Below are positions 8,993-18,279 of a stretch of DNA of 64,000 bases, one piece after another. Each line of letters starts with the position of its first letter. Position 1 is the first letter of the stretch. The position numbers and the translations under genes are program-made. A model generated the notes under the pieces. The model worked only from the letters and a program-made list of their open reading frames with translations, was not told where the DNA came from and searched no databases. This stretch comes from an uncultured Candidatus Saccharibacteria bacterium (GTDB lineage Bacteria; Patescibacteriota; Minisyncoccia; Phycocordibacterales; JAKFXT01). Where the stretch lies: the NCBI GenBank assembly GCA_964541455.1, contig CAZIPS010000002.1, forward strand, positions 6,326-70,325. The letters run 5' to 3'.

Positions 8993-9397
8993 GTGGGTAT
9001 GTTTGAGCGTATACTGCTCTTAACGCGTTCTTTTGGGTTGGCAAAACCACTGGGTCTTGCGCTTGCGAGGTGGGGAGTTGATAGCCTTGTGTACATTAGC
9101 GACCCAGCACTCTTTGAACCCAGCATTCTTGAAACGGAGGATTTCACTACTATTATTGTCGGTAAAAGTTTTCAAGGGGACTGCGAGGATACGGCTAAAT
9201 GGGTTCGCCACATTCGTTCACAGTATGGGAACCCAATCATTGGGGTGAATGATGTACTTAGCGTGTTTGGTGACATGCGTTTGCTTCGGGTAGCGGGATG
9301 TAACTATCTTTCTCAAACCGCGGATCCCAACATGCAATTACGAGAAGTTCTGGACTTTGTTTGGGAGATTGAATCAAACCTTCCACTTCTGCGCTAG
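8993..9397 (+). CDS. hypothetical protein (possible degenerate receiver-like fold)
   Basis: 134 aa; alternating beta/alpha pattern (RILLLT, LVYISDP, TIIVGKS, IIGVND) but no phospho-acceptor Asp; no confident family. Confidence 0.45.
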   Translation: MGMFERILLLTRSFGLAKPLGLALARWGVDSLVYISDPALFEPSILETEDFTTIIVGKSFQGDCEDTAKWVRHIRSQYGNPIIGVNDVLSVFGDMRLLRVAGCNYLSQTADPNMQLREVLDFVWEIESNLPLLR

Positions 9398-9405
9398 CAT
9401 CTCTT

Positions 9406-9437
9406 ACCCCCGCCTTAGGCGGGGGTCGTCTTTTGTG
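9406..9437 (+). terminator. intrinsic terminator
   Basis: ACCCCCGCC-TTAG-GCGGGGGT stem-loop followed by CGTCTTTTGTG. Confidence 0.6.
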
Positions 9438-9464
9438 GGAACCTCTAATGGTATACTTTTCTTC

Positions 9465-9983
9465 ATGGCATATACAAAAAAGGTAGCAAAGAAGGGGCTA
9501 AAAGCTACAGGATATTGGCTCATGAAATCAGAGCCACATGAATACTCGTTTGAAGATTTAGAAAAGAGTAAAAACGGGGGGAGGTGGGATGGGGTACGGA
9601 ACTATCAGGCACGGAATTTCCTTCGGGATATGAAAATTGGCGATAAAGTCCTTTTTTACTACTCAAGCATAAAAATGCCCTTGATTGTGGGCACCGCCCT
9701 CATAAAAGGAGCTCCATACCCAGACCCCACACAGTTTGATAAAAAGAGCCCATATTATGACCCAAAAGCCACTAAGGAGCGTTTTATATGGGTTTCTAGG
9801 GATTTGGTACCTGTGGATAACTTTTTAAGCGCTAAGGAGGGTAGGGGAGTAACCCTTTCTGAACTCCGGACAAATAAGAAGCTTTCCGCTTTGAGGCTCC
9901 TAGCTCCTGGGAACCGGCTTTCGGTGATGCCGGTAAGCAAAGCCCACTATGAGGAGGTTTTGAGAATGGCCAAGGGCAAATAG
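9465..9983 (+). CDS. EVE (PUA-like) domain protein
   Basis: 172 aa from the internal Met; YWLMKSEPHEYSFEDL...WDGVRNYQARNFLRDMKIGDKVLFYYS is the EVE-domain signature; the upstream in-frame extension of the six-frame ORF has no homology. Confidence 0.75.
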   Translation: MAYTKKVAKKGLKATGYWLMKSEPHEYSFEDLEKSKNGGRWDGVRNYQARNFLRDMKIGDKVLFYYSSIKMPLIVGTALIKGAPYPDPTQFDKKSPYYDPKATKERFIWVSRDLVPVDNFLSAKEGRGVTLSELRTNKKLSALRLLAPGNRLSVMPVSKAHYEEVLRMAKGK

Positions 9984-10083
9984 CCCCCCCTCTTTTAGTT
10001 CGAACTCCTATCCAATAGTGGCCTTTAGGTGGATCGACTTGCCATATTTTTGATACTCCAGCTTAGTAAAAAAACGTGAAACC

Positions 10084-10106
10084 ATGGCTCTATAGAGCCA
10101 TTTTAT
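10084..10106 (+). terminator. putative intrinsic terminator
   Basis: ATGGCTC-TATA-GAGCCAT followed by TTTTAT. Confidence 0.4.
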
Positions 10107-10142
10107 ATCTATTGACACCCCCCTAAAATCCTTGTCTAACCA

Positions 10143-10171
10143 TTGACAAAATAAAGCAAAGGTGATACAAT
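10143..10171 (+). promoter_or_regulatory. consensus sigma70-like promoter TTGACA-N17-TACAAT
   Basis: TTGACA 10143-10148, 17-nt spacer, TACAAT 10166-10171; drives the downstream lytic transglycosylase gene. Confidence 0.45.
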
Positions 10172-10411
10172 AATAACAAATCAGAGTATACCTCTGGTTT
10201 TTCCGTTAAGGGCTGAACAACAGCAGTTATGGAAAAAGCTTAAGTCTTGAGGGCCTAGTGCCGCATCCTTGAGTACTCTTCTCGGAAATTACGAGCTAAT
10301 CATTGGCTTATTTTAGGAATAGCAACAGGAATCCTTCTTTTTATCTCAAATACTACCAACAACAGCGCCGAGGCTGCACTACAACCAGTAGTTGCTACAA
10401 CCTCAGCTAAG

Positions 10412-10825
10412 GTGGTAAACAAGGATAAAACCCCAGTACGTTTACAAAAAAGCAAAACAGAAGTAGTGACAACTGCTAGTAGCACAGAAGAAACAGTTCG
10501 TGCTTACTTTGAGGATATTCCTCAACTTATAGAGGTTGCTCGCTGTGAGTCCCGTTTTCGCCAAACCGATAAAGATGGAAGCATCTTCCGTGGTGAAATG
10601 AATAACAAGGACGTGGGGGTGATGCAGATCAATGAGTTCTATCACGCCGACACTGCTAAAAAACTTGGGTTTGATATCTATACGCTTTCAGGAAATATGG
10701 CCTATGCTCGTTATATCTACGAGAAACAAGGTATAGCTCCGTGGAGCTCATCATTCCCATGTTGGAATAAAAAAGTTTCGCAAATCGAAGCTTTAGGAAA
10801 CGTAGAGCTTGCGCTCAACAAATAA
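10412..10825 (+). CDS. SLT-domain lytic transglycosylase (lysozyme-like), secreted
   Basis: Catalytic E-S ... GVMQIN motif (ARCESRFRQ...GVMQINEFYH); the six-frame start is GTG at 10412, but an in-frame signal peptide (RKLRANHWLILGIATGILLFISNTTNNSAEAA) lies upstream back to a stop at 10256 with no ATG/GTG/TTG, so the true start is probably non-canonical or there is an indel. Confidence 0.7.
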   Translation: MVNKDKTPVRLQKSKTEVVTTASSTEETVRAYFEDIPQLIEVARCESRFRQTDKDGSIFRGEMNNKDVGVMQINEFYHADTAKKLGFDIYTLSGNMAYARYIYEKQGIAPWSSSFPCWNKKVSQIEALGNVELALNK

Positions 10826-10834
10826 CATAAAACA

Positions 10835-10867
10835 AAACCGCTAGAAAATTCTAGCGGTTTTGTTTTT
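10835..10867 (+). terminator. intrinsic terminator
   Basis: AAACCGCTAG-AAAATT-CTAGCGGTTT followed by a T-run. Confidence 0.65.
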
Positions 10868-11213
10868 GAGAGAAGAAGGTGCGGAAGAAAGTAGGTGTAT
10901 AGGTAGAGGTGGGGAGTGTCTAATCTTACAAGGAGCTTCCTATGGATAATGTTCGCACAATATATCTTTTGCGAAAATAGCACAGAGGGTGGAAGGCGCT
11001 GTTTGAGTTATCCACTTCCCCCTCGATTGGAATTTTTTTGGTTGAAGTTGGCTGTTTGTTTGGCTTGTAATTATTTATTTAGTGGTACATAGGTACCACT
11101 TCCCCAGACTTTGAGCCAAAAGTTTTAAGCGCTTTCGATCAGCTGTTAATATTAAAAATGAGTACTTTTATTTTTCCCAAAAACAGGGGAGTCTCTCCCC
11201 TACTCCTTTGTAA

Positions 11214-11247
11214 AGTATAAAAAACAGGCAAGCCATTCGGCTTGCCT
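11214..11247 (-). terminator. intrinsic terminator of cassette 2
   Basis: AGGCAAGCC-ATTC-GGCTTGCCT hairpin; on the minus strand it is followed by TTTTTTAT; a second weaker hairpin GGGGAG-TCT-CTCCCC lies at 11184-11198. Confidence 0.6.
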
Positions 11248-11269
11248 TGGTGTGCAGTGTGGCGCGCGT

Positions 11270-11647
11270 TCACCTTCTTGTGCGCGTGGAGCCGTACTCC
11301 ATGGTGTCTTTGAGTAGGTTCCAAAGCAGCTCTTCCGCCCTTTCCATTTCTGGAAGCGTCGGGGAATCGGCGAGAGCGGCACGGAGCGTCCTAATGAGTG
11401 CCATGATGATCTCACTTCTTTCGTTTAACGTGGCGTTCCTAGGGATCTTCCCTACACGCTCCAGTTGTTCCTCGAAGACTGCGAGGGAATCACTTTCACC
11501 ACGCAGAATGATTGAATACATGACGATAAGTCTGCGTGCGTCTCGGTTGTCAGCGGGGACAGTTGTGTGGCCATCCTTTTTCCGGTGTAGCCTGAAAAGG
11601 GCTCCGGTGATGGTCTTGGCATGCTCTATGGTCATGCTCATGGACAT
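11270..11647 (-). CDS. hypothetical protein, GC-rich cassette 2 (125 aa, MSMSMTIEHAKTITGALFRLHRKKDGH...)
   Basis: Minus-strand ATG at 11647 preceded by AGGAG (6-nt spacing); GC-rich; terminator 22 nt past the stop; contains an R-x4-H dipeptide pattern (RKKDGH) but no confident family. Confidence 0.55.
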   Translation of the reverse strand: MSMSMTIEHAKTITGALFRLHRKKDGHTTVPADNRDARRLIVMYSIILRGESDSLAVFEEQLERVGKIPRNATLNERSEIIMALIRTLRAALADSPTLPEMERAEELLWNLLKDTMEYGSTRTRR

Positions 11648-11711
11648 AACGAACTCCTACAGTAAAGTGGGCTGCAGCTTTTATAACACAAAATAAAGGA
11701 AAATGAAGGGG

Positions 11712-12035
11712 CTAGTTTTCTGGAATCTTTATAGTTGGGGGATCGATCGAAGTGGAACGGCCAGCTTTTATATCTTTGAGTGCTTGAATAAAAGGTGTCC
11801 AGATAAGGTCAATAAACACATCATTGTAAAGATAGACTGAAGGCTTTTTAAGGTAATGATCCCAAAGGTTAACTGTAAGCTCTTTAACGTAGCCGAAGTT
11901 GCTCTGACCAGTTGGTGAATCGACAATGCCTTTAAGGTTAATACCGAAGTAGCTAATCGAAAGCAGTGCAATAATTAAAAAAACCAAAAGACCAATTATT
12001 CCTTGGTTTTTGCGCGGAGTTGATACACTTTTCAT
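11712..12035 (-). CDS. hypothetical small membrane-anchored protein
   Basis: 107 aa; N-terminal TM helix (GIIGLLVFLIIALLSISYF). Confidence 0.45.
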   Translation of the reverse strand: MKSVSTPRKNQGIIGLLVFLIIALLSISYFGINLKGIVDSPTGQSNFGYVKELTVNLWDHYLKKPSVYLYNDVFIDLIWTPFIQALKDIKAGRSTSIDPPTIKIPEN

Positions 12036-12092
12036 ATTTGTATTTTATAGTAAAGCGCGACGCTTACCAAGACACTTCTCCACTAAATTGGG

Positions 12093-13412
12093 TTACAGAT
12101 AAAGCATGGGGTTAATGTATGCCTTGTAGTCGGCGACAGGTACTGTATATGTGCCCGCGCATACTTTACTTTTTAGGTTCACTACACGTACTCCTTGAGA
12201 AGCAAAAACACCAAAGTGTAAATGTGGTCCTGTAACATAGCCTGTCGCGCCTGAATAGCCGATAAGATCCCCAGTAGTTACTTGTTGGCCAGCAGTTGCC
12301 TTTATAAGTGAAAGGTGTGCATACACAGTTGAGAGTCCATTGTTGTGTTTTATAAATACCCATTTCCCGTACGAAGCTCCTGGGCACACAGTGTCAGTGT
12401 TTCCAGTGTCTACAACAGTGCCTGAAAGTGCAGCGTATACTGGGGTGCCAATTGAAGCTTTAAGGTCAATACCATTATGACCTTTCCCACTATAGGCTCC
12501 GGCATGTGCGCGGGCAAATTCAGTATCTCCAAAAAGTTGGGTAGTAACAAATTCACTTAAAGGTGAGTTTAGTATTTTTGAATTTGGAGCTGGGTAACTT
12601 GTTGGGTCAATAGCAAGCTTGAGCTGTGATTCATAATCGTCAAGTTCTTTTTGCAGAGCAAGTCGGCGTGATTCACTCGCCGCTACCATTTTCTTGTAGT
12701 TGGCTTCAGTATTTTTGGTTTGTTTCAAGAGCTCGTTAGTTTGTGCCTTGTTGGCTTCAACGATTTTCTTCTGATCGTTTAACTGTGCCCGCAAATAGAT
12801 AAGTTCTTTTTTCTTACTTTCAGTGTTTGCTTTGGTCGTAGTAAGATCTGCTTTTGCAGAAGCTAGGGTTTCAATTTGGGTTTTGATACCCCCCTGTAAT
12901 TCTGCTAACTGGTTTTCAGTATTCCACGCTTCCCCTACGTTTTTTTTGCGCAGCAAAATTTCTACAAAAGGACTTGTATCTCCTTCTTGTAGTCGAGTAA
13001 GTGATGCTTTAAGTCCGTCTCGCTGCACGGTGATAGCTTCTTCTTTGTTTAAAATTTCACCAGAAAGACTTTCAATTACAAGGGAGGCTGCGTCTATCTT
13101 GTTTTGCGTGAGGGCAACGTCCGAAGAAAGTTTCTTACGGGTTAACTCTAATACAGAAAGTGCACTCTGGAGGGTCTTGCCTTGAGTATTAGCTTTCTGC
13201 ATTTCAATTTGATACGTTTTTATGTCACGCTCAAGTTGAGCAATGTCTCTGTTTTTTGCATCAATCTTTGCACGCAAGTCATCAGCTGCCGTACTTGCTG
13301 GAGCGGTGTCACTTGTACTTTGTGCTAGGAGATATAGCGGGGTGAGAAAAAAAAGAAGCGCTACTGTGATAGGTGTAAGATGAGAAATTGTTTTTAGCGA
13401 AAAAAAACGCAT
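12093..13412 (-). CDS. M23-family murein endopeptidase with N-terminal coiled coil (EnvC/MepM-like)
   Basis: 439 aa; signal/TM, long Q/K/E-rich coiled coil, C-terminal LytM domain (GHNGIDLKASIGTPVYA, HLHFGV). Confidence 0.8.
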   Translation of the reverse strand: MRFFSLKTISHLTPITVALLFFLTPLYLLAQSTSDTAPASTAADDLRAKIDAKNRDIAQLERDIKTYQIEMQKANTQGKTLQSALSVLELTRKKLSSDVALTQNKIDAASLVIESLSGEILNKEEAITVQRDGLKASLTRLQEGDTSPFVEILLRKKNVGEAWNTENQLAELQGGIKTQIETLASAKADLTTTKANTESKKKELIYLRAQLNDQKKIVEANKAQTNELLKQTKNTEANYKKMVAASESRRLALQKELDDYESQLKLAIDPTSYPAPNSKILNSPLSEFVTTQLFGDTEFARAHAGAYSGKGHNGIDLKASIGTPVYAALSGTVVDTGNTDTVCPGASYGKWVFIKHNNGLSTVYAHLSLIKATAGQQVTTGDLIGYSGATGYVTGPHLHFGVFASQGVRVVNLKSKVCAGTYTVPVADYKAYINPMLYL

Positions 13413-13425
13413 AGAAACAATGTGA

Positions 13426-14832
13426 TTATGCTTTCGGACTAATAAGTGAGAGCGTACTTTTAATGCGAGTTAACGTTTCTTGTTTTCCTAAAATTTCACT
13501 TAAGGTGAACGGATCAGGAGACTTGTCGCGTCCTGAAAGGAGGAAACGTAGCGGCCAGAGCACCTCGGCCCGTCCAACTTCTGTTGCATAGTCCCAAAGA
13601 GCACCTTTAACAGCTTCTTTATTCCATGAAGTTTCTGAAAGTGGATCAAGAAGCACAATTACTTTTTGCAAATGTGTTGCGACAGTATCAAGTGTTATGG
13701 ACTCCCCCTTTTTTGCTTTTGGAATAAGCGCTTCAAGGGTAAAGGTGGGGGTCGCAAAAAAGTATGTAAAGTCACCACTTTCTGCAAGCTCGGCAACATC
13801 TTTTAGTGTGCTAATGCGTTCTTTGATATCAGAAAGTGCCTTGGTGAGGCGCTCATCACTCCATTGCGGGAGTGCTTTGAATTGCTCTGGAAGGAAAGAA
13901 AGGACCTGCTTTTTAAATTCTTGATCAGGCATTCTTTTGATATGTTCACGGTTGAACCAGAGAAGTTTTTCGAGGTCAAAAATAGCTCCTGATTTTTGAA
14001 TACGTTCAAGCGAGAAGGCTTCAATAAGTTCTTCGCGCGTAAAAATTTCTTGGGTAGTGCCGGGGTTCCACCCAAGAAGGGCAAGATAGTTAATAAAGGC
14101 ATCAGGCAATATTCCCATATTCTTATATTCTGAAACGGGGATAGAGCCATTACGCTTACTTAACTTAGAGCGGTCAGCGCCTAGGATAAAGGGGAAATGG
14201 CAGTAAGTGGGACGAGGAGCACCGAGCGCTTCTTGAATTAAAATTTGACGAGGAGTGTTGTAGATACCGTCTTCCCCGCGGATAATGTGTGTGATCCCCA
14301 TTTCAAAATCATCTATAACAACAGCAAGATGGTAGAGTGGCTCCTCGATGGTGCGTGCAATAACGAAGTCACCAAGTTCGGTCGTGTCGACACTAATGTC
14401 ACCACGAAGAAGGTCAGTAAAGGTAATTACTTTGTTAGGGTTTTTAAAGCGGATAACTCTTTTCTCGTTACTGACTACCTTTACCTCATCGTCATCTTCC
14501 TCCTCACTTCCCTCTCGTGCATTGATGACCGTGCTTTCTTCTGAGAAATAAGCTTTTCCTTCCGCAATGAGTTTTCCGATGTGTTTTTGATAAATAAGCG
14601 TGCGCTCAGATTGATGGTGTACTTCATTAAAGGTAAGTCCTAGCCACTCAAGCGTTTCAAAAATATTCTGCTCGTATTCTTTTTTTGAACGCGCCCTATC
14701 AGTGTCTTCCCAGCGAAGAATTACCTTCCCGTTATGTTTCTTGGCAAAAAGATAGTTGAGGAGTGCAGTTTTAGCGGTTCCTACATGTATGAGGCCGGTG
14801 GGGCTTGGAGGAAAACGTGTGATGATATTCAT
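13426..14832 (-). CDS. gltX: glutamyl-tRNA synthetase
   Basis: 468 aa; RFPPSPTGLIHVGTAKTALLNYLFAKK (HIGH-like), ILRWEDTD, KLSKRNG (KMSKS). Confidence 0.9.
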   Translation of the reverse strand: MNIITRFPPSPTGLIHVGTAKTALLNYLFAKKHNGKVILRWEDTDRARSKKEYEQNIFETLEWLGLTFNEVHHQSERTLIYQKHIGKLIAEGKAYFSEESTVINAREGSEEEDDDEVKVVSNEKRVIRFKNPNKVITFTDLLRGDISVDTTELGDFVIARTIEEPLYHLAVVIDDFEMGITHIIRGEDGIYNTPRQILIQEALGAPRPTYCHFPFILGADRSKLSKRNGSIPVSEYKNMGILPDAFINYLALLGWNPGTTQEIFTREELIEAFSLERIQKSGAIFDLEKLLWFNREHIKRMPDQEFKKQVLSFLPEQFKALPQWSDERLTKALSDIKERISTLKDVAELAESGDFTYFFATPTFTLEALIPKAKKGESITLDTVATHLQKVIVLLDPLSETSWNKEAVKGALWDYATEVGRAEVLWPLRFLLSGRDKSPDPFTLSEILGKQETLTRIKSTLSLISPKA

Positions 14833-14843
14833 AGCGGTAAAGG

Positions 14844-15971
14844 TTATGCTTCGTGTGACTGTCCGATGGCGAAGAGGACTTGGGCTATTTTAAATGCAGC
14901 ATCTCCCTTATGAAATGCTTTTGCTGCCTCGCTCATACTTCTCCGCTTTTCTTCATCTTGCATAAGGCGGTTAACCTCATAGAACAAAAGGTGCGGCGTT
15001 AAGTTTTTCTCTTCAACGGCAAGTGCTGCGTTGCTGCGCGCGTAGGCAAAAGCATTCTTTGTTTGATCATGACTTATTTCTTCTGAAATTGGAATAACGA
15101 TTGCAGGTATGCCCCAAGAAGCTATTTCAAAGAGGGACGAACCAGCGCGACTGATGACAAGACTTGCAACGCCAGCTGCCATGCGAAGCGCCATTTCATT
15201 TAAATAGCTGAACGGCTTGTAGTGAGCGATGTTTGGATTACCCTCAAGCACCACCTCAACCATCCCAGCTACTTCCTTGAAATTCTTTTCGCCGGTTTGG
15301 TGGATGATTTGATACTTTTCAAGTAATTGTGGAAGTGAGTCAATGAGTGCTTCGTTAATTTTTTGTGCACCTTGTGATCCGCCAAGCACTAGGATGGTAG
15401 GAAGTGTGGGATCAAGTTTAAGGAACTCATACGCCCCTTCTTTTATTGGATGCATGATACTTTCTCGAATGGGGAGCCCTGTCCATACCGCCTTCCCTTC
15501 TGGGAAGTAGCTCGCTGCCTCAGGATAGGAGACTGCAATACGATCTGCAAATTTTCCAGCCCAAGCATTCACTCTTCCAGGTTTTGAATCTGATTCATGA
15601 ATAACTACAGGAATACGTAATAGGCGTGCGGCGAGAAGAGCGGGGAAACTTCCGGCTCCCCCTTTGCCAAAGACCACGTCAGGATATATGGCAAATACAG
15701 AGTAAATTGCTTTGATCACTCCAATACCCGTTTTAAAAAGGTCAAAAAAGTTTGCGATTGAAAAGTAGCGACGCAGCTTTCCCACAGGAGCGTATACGTA
15801 GGTAATGTTGTTTTCAAAGAGTACCCGACTGTCGTAAGGAGTTGGACTCATAAAAAAGAGTTCAGGGGGCAGTGTATGCTCCCTTTTTGACATTTCTTGA
15901 ATTTCCTTGGCTACTGCAATAATGGGGTAAAAATGCCCTCCTGTTACGCCGCCTGCGAAAAGTATTTTCAT
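14844..15971 (-). CDS. murG: UDP-N-acetylglucosamine--N-acetylmuramyl-(pentapeptide) pyrophosphoryl-undecaprenol GlcNAc transferase MurG
   Basis: 375 aa; N-terminal GGVTGGHFYP G-loop and GT-B fold. Confidence 0.85.
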   Translation of the reverse strand: MKILFAGGVTGGHFYPIIAVAKEIQEMSKREHTLPPELFFMSPTPYDSRVLFENNITYVYAPVGKLRRYFSIANFFDLFKTGIGVIKAIYSVFAIYPDVVFGKGGAGSFPALLAARLLRIPVVIHESDSKPGRVNAWAGKFADRIAVSYPEAASYFPEGKAVWTGLPIRESIMHPIKEGAYEFLKLDPTLPTILVLGGSQGAQKINEALIDSLPQLLEKYQIIHQTGEKNFKEVAGMVEVVLEGNPNIAHYKPFSYLNEMALRMAAGVASLVISRAGSSLFEIASWGIPAIVIPISEEISHDQTKNAFAYARSNAALAVEEKNLTPHLLFYEVNRLMQDEEKRRSMSEAAKAFHKGDAAFKIAQVLFAIGQSHEA

Positions 15972-16058
15972 AAATAAGAAACTGTAGTTTATAGAAGGGA
16001 GGAATAGAGGGAAAGGAAAAAGGTCTTCCTACAGTTCTCCTAGTATAGCAAAAAAAGC

Positions 16059-17162
16059 CTATTTTTTCTCCCCATATCGGGAAATACTAAGGAGGATACC
16101 TGCCTCGGCCAAGGCGGTGAGAAGGGCTGTCCCCCCTTGGCTTACAAAGATAAGCGGTTTCCCCGTGAGGGGAAAGATTGCAAGCATCGAGGCAATATTT
16201 AGGAGGGATTGGGCCGATATTAGTACAACAATGCCAACACCCAGTAAAATGCCAAAAAGGTCAGGGGCGTGTATTGAAGTACGGATACCACGCAGGGTGA
16301 AGGCTACAAAAAGAAGTATAAGAAGTGAGGCGCCAACAAAGCCGAACTCCTCCCCTGTTACTGCAAAAATGGAGTCCCCTACTGGTTCAGGAAGATATTG
16401 GAATTTTTGTACGCTTTGGCCAAATCCTTTGCCCAAAAGTCCTCCTGAACCAATGGCAATCAAAGATTGGTTAACTTGGTACCCCGCTCCGCGAATATCT
16501 GCTTTTTCAAAACTGATAAATGTCATTATACGTTCCTTTACGTATGGGCGACTCATGATAAGGATTCCTCCGCCTAATATTCCTACGAGTATAATGGTAA
16601 AAATATAACGCCAGGGACATCCTGCCAAAAAGAGCATGATAAAGCCTGCAAGTCCCATAATAAAAAAATCAATAGTATCTGGTTGAAGCAAAAACACGGC
16701 TCCAGTGATTGCTGTAAGGACGATAAATGGGATCACCCCGAACTTAAGGACATGCTTCTCGTGTTTGATAGTTGAAAGCCATGTGGCGAGATAGATAACA
16801 AAGGCAAGTTTTAACAGCTCACCTGGCTGAAAAGAAACAGGACCAAATTCAAGCCATCGTGTGGCTCCGCCGTGTGTGACTCCAAAGTGAGGGATAAAGA
16901 CGAGAGAAGTTAAGATAAGGGCCCCAAAAAAAATATAAAAGGCATATTTACGCCAAACTTTGTAGGAAATAAAAGAAGTGATAAATAGCGCAATGCCTCC
17001 AAGACAGATGCCATACATGAACTGTTTAACAATAACTGCTCCAAATTGTGCGCCCTCTCTTGCTAAGAGTCCCATTGAAGCTGAAGAGAAGATAATGAAC
17101 CCAACAGTAGTCAGGATAATAAGAATGCCAAAAAGTAATTTGTCTGGTGCGTGTGTACGCAT
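16059..17162 (-). CDS. ftsW: FtsW/RodA/SpoVE-family peptidoglycan glycosyltransferase
   Basis: 367 aa; 10 TM helices; SEDS motifs (GSGGLLGKGFGQS, PEPVGDSIFAV). Confidence 0.85.
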   Translation of the reverse strand: MRTHAPDKLLFGILIILTTVGFIIFSSASMGLLAREGAQFGAVIVKQFMYGICLGGIALFITSFISYKVWRKYAFYIFFGALILTSLVFIPHFGVTHGGATRWLEFGPVSFQPGELLKLAFVIYLATWLSTIKHEKHVLKFGVIPFIVLTAITGAVFLLQPDTIDFFIMGLAGFIMLFLAGCPWRYIFTIILVGILGGGILIMSRPYVKERIMTFISFEKADIRGAGYQVNQSLIAIGSGGLLGKGFGQSVQKFQYLPEPVGDSIFAVTGEEFGFVGASLLILLFVAFTLRGIRTSIHAPDLFGILLGVGIVVLISAQSLLNIASMLAIFPLTGKPLIFVSQGGTALLTALAEAGILLSISRYGEKK

Positions 17163-17175
17163 ATGTATTAGAGCA

Positions 17176-18246
17176 TTAGCCGATTAGGGCAAGGGCCATG
17201 CCAAGCATGGCAAAAACAATACTTACCACCCAAAAACGCATCACTACTTTATAAGGTGGCCACCCAAGCGCCTCAAAATGATGGTGAATTGGTGCAACAA
17301 GGAATACTTTTTTACCTCTAAATTTCTTAGAAGCTACCTGTATAATATCTGAAAGTGTGGTCACAATAAGCGGCATTGCAATAACGGGAAGCACAATAAG
17401 TCCATGTCCTCCTCCTAGGCTATCCGTCATGAAAGCAACAATAGCAAGTGTTGTGGTAAGTCCCATCATGCCAGTTTCTGACATATAAAAGCGGGCTGGA
17501 GGAATATTAAACCAGAGGAATGCCAAAATACCTCCTACCACCACAGCGCAAAAAGCGGCTAAATCGATTTGTTGCTGATAGTAAGCAATACCAGCATAGG
17601 CTGCAAACATTGATGCAAAGATGCCTCCTGAGAGCCCATCAATGCCGTCAATAACGCCTCCTGAATAAATACCAAGCACTACAAGGACAAAAAGTGGGAT
17701 GAAATAGATGCCGATAAACCATGTTCCAATAACAGGAAGCCCAATGGTCGAAATATCCAATTTAAAATAAAACCAAAGGGCACAAAGTAAGCCAATAGTT
17801 CCCACAATGAGTAACCGTTTTTTAAGCGAAAGCCCTCCTGCAATATGTCCTCCCCCGCCTTTTACCTCTAAGTAGTCATCGATAAGTCCAAAGAGAGATC
17901 CTAATATAAGCACGGAAAGTGGGATCCAAGTTTGGTTACGGCTTAGAAAGTCTAGTTTACTAAAAGTATCTCCTCCTACGGTATGGGAAAGTAATGAAAG
18001 TAAAAGGGCGGTTAACCCAACTGATGCCCACACCACTACCCCACCCATCTTAGGGGTTCCAACCTCTTTGTGTTTATGGAGTTCATTAAAAATGGGCGTG
18101 GCGTTTCCAGCAAAATCTAATTTGCCTGCTTTCTTTTTCCACATTTCATGTTTGTAAAGGTAGTTGGTGATAAAAGGAGTAATGGAAACCCCAACGATGA
18201 AGGCAAGGGTGAACGGAAGGAAAAGTTTTACGATGTCTATTATCAT
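17176..18246 (-). CDS. mraY: phospho-N-acetylmuramoyl-pentapeptide transferase MraY
   Basis: 356 aa polytopic membrane protein with MraY conserved D/E-rich loops (IDDYLE, DGIDGL, PIHHHFE). Confidence 0.9.
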   Translation of the reverse strand: MIIDIVKLFLPFTLAFIVGVSITPFITNYLYKHEMWKKKAGKLDFAGNATPIFNELHKHKEVGTPKMGGVVVWASVGLTALLLSLLSHTVGGDTFSKLDFLSRNQTWIPLSVLILGSLFGLIDDYLEVKGGGGHIAGGLSLKKRLLIVGTIGLLCALWFYFKLDISTIGLPVIGTWFIGIYFIPLFVLVVLGIYSGGVIDGIDGLSGGIFASMFAAYAGIAYYQQQIDLAAFCAVVVGGILAFLWFNIPPARFYMSETGMMGLTTTLAIVAFMTDSLGGGHGLIVLPVIAMPLIVTTLSDIIQVASKKFRGKKVFLVAPIHHHFEALGWPPYKVVMRFWVVSIVFAMLGMALALIG

Positions 18247-18279
18247 ATTTTTAGTATAGCACGTGTGTGAGGACCCTTT

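Noticed and set aside
11247-11696. 149-aa plus-strand ORF across cassette 2
   Set aside because: It starts inside the terminator hairpin and has no SD; GC-rich DNA opens long ORFs in many frames, and the minus-strand frame has an SD and is followed by terminators
16117-16608. 163-aa antisense ORF inside ftsW (also 16978-17187, 19168-19683, 28199-28665, 30797-31261 and similar)
   Set aside because: Antisense shadow ORFs within conserved genes (ftsW, mraY, scpA, dnaJ, grpE); no signals and no homology
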